Shown one piece after another: positions 8,243 through 17,400 of a stretch of 32,000 nt of DNA. Below the pieces are notes generated by a model, which saw only the letters and a list, made by a program, of their open reading frames with translations, did not search any database and was not told where the DNA came from. The stretch is from Candidatus Kuenenia stuttgartensis (GTDB taxonomy: Bacteria; Planctomycetota; Brocadiia; Brocadiales; Brocadiaceae). The position numbers and the translations under genes are program-made. How positions within the stretch are numbered: the first letter of the stretch is position 1; each line of letters opens with the position of its first letter. The stretch lies in the NCBI RefSeq assembly GCF_900232105.1, contig NZ_LT934425.1, forward strand, positions 2,010,001 to 2,042,000, read 5' to 3'.

Positions 8243-9880
8243 TTAATACATATCTCCATAACCACCATAGCCGCCGCCAGGAGGCATTGGAGGGGTCTTC
8301 TTTTTCTCCGGTATCTTGCCTATTATGGCGTCTGTTGTAAGCAGCAAAGTGGAAACGCTCGCTGCATTTTGCAGTGCGGTTCTCACCACTTTCGTCGGAT
8401 CAATGATGCCTTCGCTCACCATATTGCAATACCGGTTTGCCCCCGCATCATAGCCTTCATTTCCTTTCGCATTTTCAACATTCTGTACGACAATTGCAGC
8501 GCTAACCCCTGCATTCGCTGCGATTTGTCTTAATGGCGCCCTTAAAGCCCTCTGAAGGATATCAACGCCTATTTTTTCATCGCCTGTAAGGGCAAGATCA
8601 TTCAGGGGGGAAATAGACCTGAGAAGTGATACGCCTCCGCCGGGAAGGATGCCTTCTTCAACGGCAGCTCGGGTTGCATGGAGTGCATCTTCAACACGCG
8701 CCTTCTTTTCCTTCATTTCACTTTCCGTTGCCGCGCCTACATTGATCATTACCACGCCGCCAGCCATCTTGGCAAGCCTCTCCTGAAGCTTTTCCCTGTC
8801 GTAATCCGATGTGGTAGTCGAGATTTCCCTTTTTATCTGTTCAATACGATCCTTGATTTTTTTGCTTTCACCGGCGCCCTCGATGATGATTGTATTTTCC
8901 TTGTCGATTTCTATCTTCTTTGCGCGGCCAAGGTCGCTTAATTCTAACGTTTCAAGGTTAATACCCAAATCTTCAAAAACAGCCTGGCCGCCGGTAAGGA
9001 CAGCGATGTCTTCCAGCATCGCCTTGCGTTTATCACCAAAACCCGGCGCCTTAACTGCAGCGCATTTCAGCGACCCACGAAGCTTGTTCACAACAAGCAA
9101 GGTCAAGGCTTCGCCTTCTATCTCTTCGGCAATAATCAAAAGAGGTTTGCCTGTTTGAGAAATTTTCTCCAATATCGGCACCAGCATCTTGGTGGTGGTT
9201 ATCTTTTTCTCATGAATAAGCAGGTAAGGGTCTTCCAGAACACATTGCATCGTGTTAGGATTCGTGACGAAATAAGGAGAGAGATATCCTTTGTCAAACT
9301 GCAATCCTTCAATCCATTTCGCTTCAGTTTGCAAACTTTTGCCTTCCTCTACCGTAATCACGCCATCTTTGCCGACCTTATCCATAGCGTCGGCGATAAT
9401 TTTACCGATTTCAGCATCGTAATTAGAGGCTACCGTGGCAATCTGCTCAACCTCTTTTCTTCCCTTTACCGGAATACTCATCTGCCGCAGCTTGTCCACT
9501 ACACACTGAACGGCCTTGTCTATGCCGCGCTTCAACGCCATTACGTTGGCTCCAGCAGTAACATTCTTAAGCCCTTCTACAAATATTGCCTCTGCAAGCA
9601 CCGTAGCTGTGGTTGTTCCGTCACCGGCAACATCGCTCGTTTTTGCGGCAACGGACTTTACCATTTGCGCACCGATGTTTTGCATGTGGTCGGGCAAGTC
9701 TATTTCTTTCGCAACAGTTACCCCGTCCTTCGTAATCGTTGGCGAACCAAAACTTTTTTGAATAATAACATTACGTCCCCTCGGTCCCAACGTTACCTTT
9801 ACCGCATCTGCTAATTGTTTTACGCCAATCTTGATTGCCTCCAGCGCGTCGTGATCATAAATAATTTTTTTTGCCGACAT
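8243..9880 (-). CDS. groEL: Chaperonin GroEL (Cpn60)
   Basis: [20 protein letters not shown] start at ATG 9880 with GGAGG 10 nt upstream. [13 protein letters not shown] motif. Gly/Met-rich tail [13 protein letters not shown]. The tracked N-terminal extension to 10006 was rejected. Confidence 0.96.
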   Translation of the reverse strand: MSAKKIIYDHDALEAIKIGVKQLADAVKVTLGPRGRNVIIQKSFGSPTITKDGVTVAKEIDLPDHMQNIGAQMVKSVAAKTSDVAGDGTTTATVLAEAIFVEGLKNVTAGANVMALKRGIDKAVQCVVDKLRQMSIPVKGRKEVEQIATVASNYDAEIGKIIADAMDKVGKDGVITVEEGKSLQTEAKWIEGLQFDKGYLSPYFVTNPNTMQCVLEDPYLLIHEKKITTTKMLVPILEKISQTGKPLLIIAEEIEGEALTLLVVNKLRGSLKCAAVKAPGFGDKRKAMLEDIAVLTGGQAVFEDLGINLETLELSDLGRAKKIEIDKENTIIIEGAGESKKIKDRIEQIKREISTTTSDYDREKLQERLAKMAGGVVMINVGAATESEMKEKKARVEDALHATRAAVEEGILPGGGVSLLRSISPLNDLALTGDEKIGVDILQRALRAPLRQIAANAGVSAAIVVQNVENAKGNEGYDAGANRYCNMVSEGIIDPTKVVRTALQNAASVSTLLLTTDAIIGKIPEKKKTPPMPPGGGYGGYGDMY

Positions 9881-10209
9881 AACAAAGTTTCCTCCAAATG
9901 TATGTACTGCTGACTTTAATAAATCTTTTAACGGCTGAATTAACGGAGCAAACAGTATGCCGAACAATGCCTGCCACCCCTCAGTTGACTTCTTTTTCCC
10001 CTGCAAATTAACTTATTTAATCACAATAGGATATGTGAAAAGTTTTTTGCACAAAAAAATCTTTACGGATTACATAAACAAAAGTATGCCATTGTGGCAG
10101 TGCTTTGCTTAAAACCACCCTTTTAGATGTGTCAATATGACAGTATTACATGGTAGGCGAATGGTATTCGGCGGACGAGCAGGCTTTGCACGAAACCTAC
10201 CGGCAAAAA

Positions 10210-10327
10210 CAGTCGGCAGTCGGCAATCCACAGTCTACAATTTGCCGATTGCCTGCTGTAAGTACTTTCCATTCTAATGATGGACGACGGATGATAGATG
10301 ATGGACGATGTTCGTCCTTCGTCCATC
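10210..10327. repeat. Two blocks of tandem heptanucleotide repeats (7 + 7 units)
   Basis: 10210-10258: cagtcgg cagtcgg caatcca cagtcta caatttg ccgattg cctgctg. 10279-10327: gatggac gacggat gatagat gatggac gatgttc gtccttc gtccatc; the last unit is the reverse complement of the first. The first block is the reverse-orientation relative of the array at 5010-5072. Confidence 0.8.
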
Positions 10328-10404
10328 GCCCAAAGTTGGGTCGGGATAGGACACTTCATGTATTTTAAGAATTAATCAGGGAGTGTCCCTCTATTTTCAG
10401 GTGA

Positions 10405-10743
10405 TCAATTATGTACCAATTCTTTCTCTATTGCTGTTTGAACAAGCTGATTTAATGACAAGCCTTTTTGAATAGCTCTCTCGGCTGCTTTTCTGTGCAT
10501 CTCTGGCGGTATACGAACATTAAAACTTCCCCTATATGACTTTATAGGCACTTTACCCATTTCTCTGCAAAGAGCAGCATAATCATCCGCCGCATTGTGA
10601 AATGCCTTTACTAGTTCTTCTACACTATGACCCTCAAAGATTACAAGGTCATCTATACCCTCGATTTTCCCATGAAAAACTTTATCCTCTGCGCTGAAAT
10701 GCACAGTTCCCGTGAAACCTTTGTACGTTAAAACATCCTTCAT
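10405..10743 (-). CDS. hicB: HicB family antitoxin (HicB fold + C-terminal RHH)
   Basis: N-terminal YKGFTGTVHFSAEDKVFHGKIEGI pattern. C-terminal SFNVRIPPEMHRKAAERAIQKGLSLNQLV ribbon-helix-helix. 4-nt overlap with hicA. Confidence 0.85.
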   Translation of the reverse strand: MKDVLTYKGFTGTVHFSAEDKVFHGKIEGIDDLVIFEGHSVEELVKAFHNAADDYAALCREMGKVPIKSYRGSFNVRIPPEMHRKAAERAIQKGLSLNQLVQTAIEKELVHN

Positions 10744-11000
10744 TGTATTAACCCCTTATTTCTTAATGCTTCTTCTATATAATCCAATTGATATCTCTTA
10801 AGCTCAACTCCCGGATGTGGTTTATGCAATCTTATAATATGCCTTGTTTCCGGATTAATAAAGGTTACCCCCGACCCGGTAGTTTTGCCTGACTTTGCCT
10901 TTTCATAACCAAATCCAGCCAGAAGACTTTTAAGATCATCATAGGTGAAATCCTTTGGCTTTGATAAGAAACGCCTCAATAATTTCTCAGCCTTACTCAT
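10740..11000 (-). CDS. hicA: HicA family mRNA-interferase toxin
   Basis: 86 aa. Pattern GFGYEKAKSGKTTGSGVTFINPETRHIIRLHKPHP is typical of HicA/YcfA. Upstream partner of hicB. Confidence 0.85.
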   Translation of the reverse strand: MSKAEKLLRRFLSKPKDFTYDDLKSLLAGFGYEKAKSGKTTGSGVTFINPETRHIIRLHKPHPGVELKRYQLDYIEEALRNKGLIQ

Positions 11001-11030
11001 GCTATAAATATAACAGCAAAATAAAAATGT

Positions 11031-11049
11031 GCAACTGTAATATAGTTGC
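11031..11049. promoter_or_regulatory. Palindrome gcaact-N7-agttgc upstream of hicA, candidate HicB operator overlapping a TATATT -10-like box
   Basis: Perfect 6-bp arms, 31-49 nt upstream of the hicA ATG. RHH antitoxins typically autoregulate through such sites. Confidence 0.3.
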
Positions 11050-11071
11050 TATTCCTGTTTTCTCTTATTGC

Positions 11072-11096
11072 GTAGCACTTTAATTTTTTGAAAAAG
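11072..11096 (-). repeat. Copy of the 24-25-nt AT-rich motif GTARCAYTTTARTTTTTTGAAAAA
   Basis: gtagcactttaattttttgaaaaag, directly after the ABC ATPase stop. 20/25 identity to the copies at 21857 and 22351 (reverse complement). Confidence 0.7.
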
Positions 11097-11100
11097 ATAT

Positions 11101-12180
11101 TCACGTATGCATGGTATTAACAGATCTGTCTAGGATTCTCATTCCTGTTGACTGGTCGAACCAATGAACCGCATCCGGGGAAAATGCCAGGCCAACAAGG
11201 TCGCCAGCCGAGACCGTTGATTCGGTATTTTTTACTGACCAAAGTATATCCGGGGAGATCCTCACATGGCATACTGATTCATGCCCAAGGTATTCAATAT
11301 GTTCCACAATGCTTTTAATGGCGTTTTTAAAATCCGGCGAAACGCATTGCAATTTTTCAGGACGTATCCCCAGAATAACCTGCGGCGTATTTGCCGGGGG
11401 AACCGGGGATTCAAGGATTGTTTCCCCTAAGGCAAAAGAACTTGCCGTGATTAGCCGCACCTCTGCAAAATTCATGGCCGGAGCGCCAACAAACCCAGCG
11501 ATGAAGGTGTTTTGAGGCGCATTGTATATTTCATAAGGAGTCCCTATCTGTTGCAGATGCCCCTTATCCATAACAGCAATCCGGTCTCCCAGTGTGAGCG
11601 CCTCGGTTTGATCATGGGTAACGTAGACGGTGGTAACATTCCGTTGTTTTTGAAGTTTTTTTAATTCCCCCCTCGCTGAAATTCTTAGGCGTGCGTCAAG
11701 GTTGCTCAAAGGTTCGTCCATTAAAAATACCTGCGGATTTCTCACGAGCGCCCTTGCCAGTGCAACCCGCTGTTTTTCGCCGCCGGAAAGTTCTTTTGGA
11801 TACTTTTGCAATAAGTTGTTTATTCCCAGCATCCTGGCGGTATTTTCCACGTTTTCATTTAGATCCTTTGCCTTTCGTATCCTGAGAGGAAATGCAATAT
11901 TGTCAAATATTTTCATATGCGGATATAAGGCATAGTTCTGAAACACCAGGGCAATGTCCCTTTTGCCGGGAGGCACAGTATTTACAAGGTTATCATTAAA
12001 ATAAATATCTCCCGAAGAGGGAGTCTCCAGCCCCGCGATCATATTTAATGTCGTGGTCTTTCCGCTCCCGCTCGATCCGAGTACTACAAGGAATTCACCG
12101 TCTTGTATCTCCATGTTCAGGCAATTCACCGCAGCGGTGTGTTTGTAATATTTTGTAATATTTCTTAAGTGAATTCTCAT
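11101..12180 (-). CDS. ABC transporter ATP-binding protein, MalK/UgpC/MsmX sugar-importer type
   Basis: Walker A GSSGSGKTT, signature LSGGEKQRVALARAL, Walker B FLMDEPLSNLD, H-loop VTHDQ, C-terminal TOBE-like regulatory domain. Start at ATG 12180 in an ATGA overlap with the permease stop. Confidence 0.9.
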   Translation of the reverse strand: MRIHLRNITKYYKHTAAVNCLNMEIQDGEFLVVLGSSGSGKTTTLNMIAGLETPSSGDIYFNDNLVNTVPPGKRDIALVFQNYALYPHMKIFDNIAFPLRIRKAKDLNENVENTARMLGINNLLQKYPKELSGGEKQRVALARALVRNPQVFLMDEPLSNLDARLRISARGELKKLQKQRNVTTVYVTHDQTEALTLGDRIAVMDKGHLQQIGTPYEIYNAPQNTFIAGFVGAPAMNFAEVRLITASSFALGETILESPVPPANTPQVILGIRPEKLQCVSPDFKNAIKSIVEHIEYLGHESVCHVRISPDILWSVKNTESTVSAGDLVGLAFSPDAVHWFDQSTGMRILDRSVNTMHT

Positions 12181-12992
12181 TCTTTCACCGCTCCGGAAAT
12201 AATGCCCTGTACGATATACCTTTGAAAGGCAAGTAAAAAAATAAGGAGCGGAACGGTAACAATCACTGAAGCTGCGGCAATATCTCCCCACGGAACCTCA
12301 TATGTGCCCTGGAACAGGGCAATGCCTACAGAAGCGAGCCTGGAGGATTCGTCAAGGGTAAAAGTAAGGGCAAACAGAAACTCATTCCAGCAAAAAATAA
12401 AGGTTAGAATTGCTGTGGAAATCAGCCCCGGCAATGCAATTGGCGCAATAACGTACCTAAGCGCCTGAAAATGGGTACAGCCGTCAATGAGAGAGGCGTT
12501 ATCCATTTCGATGGGTATTTTATCAATATATTTTATCATAAGAAATAGCGCCAATGGAAAGTTGTGGGCGCTGTAGGCACAAATAAGCGAAACGGGTAAA
12601 TTTATCCACCCCAGGGTGTAAAAAAGTTTATACAGGGCGGCAACAAGACAGATCGACGGAAGGGTAAACAAAACAACAATCATAAACAATATCGCCGTTT
12701 TCCCTCTGAACGAAAAACGCGAAACACTGTAGGCGGCGAGCAATGCACATGGTATGGCTACGCATACGGTAGAAAGCGAGACCATGAAACTATTGAACAA
12801 ATAATACGGGAAATGGCTTTTAAAGAGGACGTTTTTGTAAGAGTCAAGGACATACGTTTCAGGGAAAACGGGAGGCAATTGCATAATCTCTGAAGGGGGT
12901 TTGAAGGAGGTTAATACAATCCATGCAAACGGGCCTATGCTCCAACAGACCGCCATGAGGGTAAATAGAAAAAAAAGGCATCTTTTTCGCAT
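12177..12992 (-). CDS. ABC transporter permease, MalG/UgpE-type (carbohydrate uptake family)
   Basis: Six predicted TM segments and EAA-loop region DNASLIDGCTHFQALRYVIAPIALPG. Start taken at ATG 12992 (MRKRCLFF...). The tracked extension to 13073 is encoded by a palindromic repeat. Confidence 0.85.
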   Translation of the reverse strand: MRKRCLFFLFTLMAVCWSIGPFAWIVLTSFKPPSEIMQLPPVFPETYVLDSYKNVLFKSHFPYYLFNSFMVSLSTVCVAIPCALLAAYSVSRFSFRGKTAILFMIVVLFTLPSICLVAALYKLFYTLGWINLPVSLICAYSAHNFPLALFLMIKYIDKIPIEMDNASLIDGCTHFQALRYVIAPIALPGLISTAILTFIFCWNEFLFALTFTLDESSRLASVGIALFQGTYEVPWGDIAAASVIVTVPLLIFLLAFQRYIVQGIISGAVKE

Positions 12993-13034
12993 TTTATAAA
13001 GGATGTTATCCGCCTTGCCTACACATTTAAGAAA

Positions 13035-13107
13035 GCAGGGGCGAGGCACTTGCCCGTTTGGGCATGAGCACATTTATGACAATTTACGGCAAGTGCCTCG
13101 CCCCTGC
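13035..13107. repeat. Family A palindromic element (about 70 bp hairpin)
   Basis: Perfect 20-bp arms gcaggggcgaggcacttgcc (13035-13054) / ggcaagtgcctcgcccctgc (13088-13107). The loop contains gtttgggcatgagcacat. Confidence 0.9.
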
Positions 13108-13121
13108 TTTGCGATTATTGG

Positions 13122-13146
13122 AATTTTTCAAAAACTAAAATGTTAC
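13122..13146 (+). repeat. Copy of the 24-25-nt AT-rich motif (plus orientation)
   Basis: aatttttcaaaaactaaaatgttac, 14 nt after the family A element. Confidence 0.7.
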
Positions 13147-13737
13147 CTATAAAAATAAAGATACGTAATCGGGTTTTTTGGGCCTTAATCGTGACCGTTA
13201 TAAGACACAAGGAAGGTAAAATTATATACAATACGCATATTTATGAGAAGAAAAAAAGACGGCATTTGAACAGTGTAAAGGGTGTCTGGCAGATACTTTC
13301 TATTGAAAAGCCCTAGTGTGTACTTTATAATCGATTCATTAATATTTGCAACAGTTTTCCGATAACCAAAAATGGAAACATGTTGTAATCATTAAAAATC
13401 GCATATCTTTGATAAGAAACAGGTGCTCAGGTTGCAAGGAATTAATAACAAGTACACAATACTTAATTTAGCAATAAAGGATTTGGGGTTAAGCGCCTTC
13501 ACAAACTTCATCGGTATTAATCTGCGTTTTTTTACGGAAAATACCCTAAACGCATTTATCTTTTTTAATATTATCCAGGCGGATGACCCCGCAAACAGGT
13601 ATGATATACATACCCCAAGCCCCCCCGATATAGCCGGAGATGCAGCAACCATAATTACCCTTACTATCGCGTACCTTTTTTTTACGTCCTATAACGTAAG
13701 AAATGCGCTCAACGTCACAATCCGCAATAATAATAAA

Positions 13738-14199
13738 ATGGATGCGCAGTACATTAAAGCGGTCAAACATTTAGAAGCGTGTTACCGATGGGTAAAAAAC
13801 TTTTTTTTGGTAACCGTGGCAGGTTTTGGAGTATATCTTTTTTCGAAATATGTATTGTCAACGGGAATCGACGTGGTCTTTGTTGAAGGCAATGCTATTT
13901 CAAATATTTTAGGCATCGTAAGCTGTCTTCTCCAAATCTGTTACCCCTTTATCTTTGTTTATGTATATTGTAAATATGTATTCGCAAATACGGCTATTGC
14001 CCTGTTGTTCTATACTTTTTTCTTTATAAGGAATCTTTTTGCGACGGGTTTGCTGGGATTTGTTACTTATTATGATCTGCATGTAGTTGCCCCTTTTTTA
14101 GATTGGCTGACGATTCTTATACTATTATATTCCATAGGCTGCATAATGCTGCATCATCGCGCCTCTAAATTGTTTCATAAAATTGAATTTAAGGGATGA
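13738..14199 (+). CDS. Hypothetical small integral membrane protein (about 153 aa, about 4 TM)
   Basis: Only the hydrophobic C-terminal two thirds of tracked ORF 13423-14199 looks protein-like. No Shine-Dalgarno and no recognisable family. Confidence 0.35.
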   Translation: MDAQYIKAVKHLEACYRWVKNFFLVTVAGFGVYLFSKYVLSTGIDVVFVEGNAISNILGIVSCLLQICYPFIFVYVYCKYVFANTAIALLFYTFFFIRNLFATGLLGFVTYYDLHVVAPFLDWLTILILLYSIGCIMLHHRASKLFHKIEFKG

Positions 14200-14201
14200 C
14201 A

Positions 14202-14338
14202 GGTTTACAACCTGAACCCATAGTTTTATGTTTAGGAATTTCAATATTTTCAGTTAAATAATGAACAAACCCACCCCTCAATCCCCTCCCAAGAGAGGAC
14301 TTATAAAATTCCCCTCTTGAGAGGGGTCGGAGGTGGGT
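14202..14338. repeat. Family E: 18-mer ggtttacaacctgaaccc plus a C-run/G-run palindromic element
   Basis: The 18-mer at 14202-14219 recurs at 22213-22230 (17/18 identity, both preceded by atgaca). 14269-14338 has acccacc...ggtgggt outer arms and a cccctc/gagggg inner hairpin. Confidence 0.65.
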
Positions 14339-14409
14339 AAAAATGAATGCCGTTGGGTTTTTGGCTTTTCAAACCTTAGCCTAACGTAACCATAGGAGGT
14401 ATTTTTCAG

Positions 14410-17400
14410 TTGAAAACCTTAAAAAAGTACATCATTAAAGTTGTTGTATGCGTAGCAATGTGTTTGCTGTGGACGTCACTGTGTATACAGGCACAGGACC
14501 AAACCGTTGCCGTTGAGAAAAAAGCAGATGAGATTAAACTAGCGGGACAGCGTACGACAATAAAAAACGAAGATCTTGAAAAGGCGAAAAATAGACTCGA
14601 AGAAATAAAGGTCAGCGCAGAAAAGACTATTGCTGAAAATGAAACGGCAATTTTGAAATTGCAAAGCGATCGGGAATCAACATCTTCCTACCTTAAAAAA
14701 TTAACGGAAGAAAAAAATACCTATCCGGCAGAAGAACCGCATGTGAAATATTTGGAATTGTTAGACAAAGAGATCGGCATCCTAAAAGAAAAAATTGACG
14801 CGGGCAATGAGCAATTAGAAGAGTGCGAGGATCTCATCGCAGCACTTCAGCATCAGGTAAAGACATATGCAAATTACGTTTCATTATTAACCTCGGCGTT
14901 AAAGTTAAATGAAACAATTGCAGCAACCCCTGCCGACCAGGCGGCGCTTGTCAGACAGGAAGCTGAGATTGCAAAGGGATATATCAAAGCGGCGCAGGCA
15001 AGCATGAAAGAAAAAGAATCATTAATTGCCATTGCTACAAAAGAATTGGAGGATTACAGGCTTAAAGCGCCCGTTATCATGCAAGGGCTTGTTAAGGTGC
15101 TGGAGTCATTGAAGGCGGATACTGCCGGCAGTAAATTGGAAAGTCTGGTGCAGGAAAAGATAAACAATGTTTTGTTCTGGCAAAAGGAGGTAAGCAATCT
15201 ATGGATTTCAATATTAAAAAAAAGACTGACGATAGCAAAAATTCAATATGATGAAGCAATTCAGGCGCTAAAGTCTGCAGAATTCAACGCGGAGTTATTG
15301 GCAGAAAAAGCCGGCCTTTTGGAGGAAAAGCAGAAAACAGAAGAATTGAAAAGAAAACAGGAAGAGCTGGCGTACGCAAAAAAGGTTGAAGAAGTTACAA
15401 AAAAGGCTGCGGAGGTCACCCGGGCAGAGACGGAAAAAACCATACAGGAGGCTGCTAAGAAAGGAGAAGAAATTGTTCAGGAGCAAATGATAACCACCTC
15501 CCCAGAAAAAAAGAGGGTGCTGGAATTAGAGGCGGAAGTCTACAAACAGAACGGTATGGTGGCAAAAATGAAGGACGCACTTATTACGGAAGGCGCACAG
15601 CGATATAAAGGGCGTACCGAACTTAAAAAATTACAGGCAGACATTGGCGTTTTTCTGAGTAAGGGCGCCACGGCAAAAGATATCGAGGAAATGGAAAAGA
15701 AGGTCGCTGCGGAGGAAAAGCGTTATTCAGAGGCGGTCAATTCAGTAAAAAGCCTTATTGTTTCCTTAGATCAGGTGAAGAAACTCCTTTCTGATAAACT
15801 TGCCCTTTCCAGCGAAGAGATGTCAAATATTAAAAAGGAAGTTTCCTCTTTTGCCGATAAGGAATTGGCGCAGCAGGCAATTAATCATGTGGAACAAAGA
15901 ATCAAGGCGCAGGAAGAACAGTTCTCTCTTGTTCTGGAAAGAGTAAATATTTTATATGAACGTCTGGAAATAAGGGAATATGGCATGTCAGTGCTTTCAA
16001 ATGTCAAAGAAAAATTACAACAGATGAAAGCGGCAAACATATGGAAAAGGGATGAAGTGCAGATAACCACCCAAACCTTTGACGTAATTTACCTTGATGT
16101 TATAAACCTTCCTTCAGGTATTCATGCTCTTCTTGAAACAGCAAAGAGCCATATGAAAAACGCAGCGGCATATATTACTCTTGAGAAAAATACGGTTCGT
16201 TTCTGGTTAAGATGCCTTGGATTGGCGTCACTCATAGCATTATTTTATTTTTCCAACCGGTATATACGCCGATGGAGCACAGACACCCTGCAACAGTTGC
16301 ATGAATCAATAACCTTTACCTATTTTAAATCGCGGTTGCTCCCCAGCCTGCTTGTAATACTGGATAAGAGTATTACTGTGCTCTGGGTGGCGGTCCTTTG
16401 CATATTGATACGCGCGTTATTCCCTGTAAAAATACCGTCAACAACTTCAGCGATGTATATACTATTATATATTTCTCTTTATACGGCGCTGAAAGGTTTT
16501 CTTGTGGAGTCTTTCGGTCCGGAAAAGGGACACAGGAAACTCGTTGTTTCACTCGCCTACATATCACCAAAGCATATTTACAAGTCATTAAGCATCATTT
16601 TGCTCTTTTCCCTCATTTCCTTGTCTTTTATTACGGTACTTACCGTATTTCAGTACAAAAGAGACGTTATTGACCTGTTCTGGTTCATCTATCGAATAGG
16701 AATGCTGCTCCTGCTTTTGTGGCTTGCAACCCAAAAATCCCTGTTTTTCAAATTGTTGCCTGGAAAGAACAGCCAGTTGGGAAGGCTCATTCAGCGTATT
16801 ATTGGCATTATTTACCCGGTGTTTGTGGTGTTTGTCGTCTCTCTTTTTGCGATACGCAGTCTGGGATATCCTATATTGACGTATGTACTGCTGAAAACAT
16901 GTATAAAAAGTATAGTTGCCGCAATTATCGCTCTATGGATAGCGAAATTCCTGCTTTACCGGATAAGCAGAATGAGAGAAAGACTTTTTGCGGCGAGAAA
17001 AATAGAAAAGAACACCCCCGAAGAAAAGAAATTTAATGCGGCGACTGCGGCTTACGGTATCTCATTAAACTACGTCGCCTCCATTGTTTGTGCGATAGTT
17101 ATTGTACGGATATGGATGGGAACCTTCCGGGATGCAGTGGATTCTCCCGCCGCGCCCTATCTTATTCAGAAGATTTTTGCACAGGTAGGCATAATTTTCA
17201 GGAGCATTGGCAATGGCCTGTTGTACCGTTTCGTAATGCAGGAGGGAAGGTACACAACGCCGCTGAGAATTATCTTTGCAATACTCGTATTGGTTGCGTT
17301 TTTCTTCCTTGCGCGTTATATAAAAAAATTGATGGAAGAAAGGGTGTTTTCCAGGCTGGGAATGGAACGAGGGCTTAAGCATTCGTTCTCCAACCTTATC

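Noticed and set aside
9155-9814. 219-aa plus-strand ORF; similar long antisense ORFs at 2909-3397, 8811-9158, 17316-17684, 18943-19326 and 26865-27302
   Set aside because: All lie antisense or out of frame within genes that have clear family signatures. They have no ribosome-binding sites and low-complexity composition.
9881-10006. 42-codon N-terminal extension of groEL
   Set aside because: The canonical GroEL N-terminus MSAKKI... starts at ATG 9880 with GGAGG upstream. The extension has no homology-like character.
12993-13073. N-terminal extension of the ABC permease (MCSCPNGQVPRPCFLKCVG...); likewise 12181-12291 for the ATPase
   Set aside because: The permease extension is encoded by the family A palindrome. 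The ATPase extension overlaps the permease, and ATG 12180 gives the normal N-terminus with ATGA coupling.
13423-13737. 5' third of the 258-aa ORF, and the overlapping minus ORF 13392-13652
   Set aside because: The two overlap each other, are AT-rich, and have no ribosome-binding site and no domain-like pattern. Only the hydrophobic part from ATG 13738 was kept, at low confidence.
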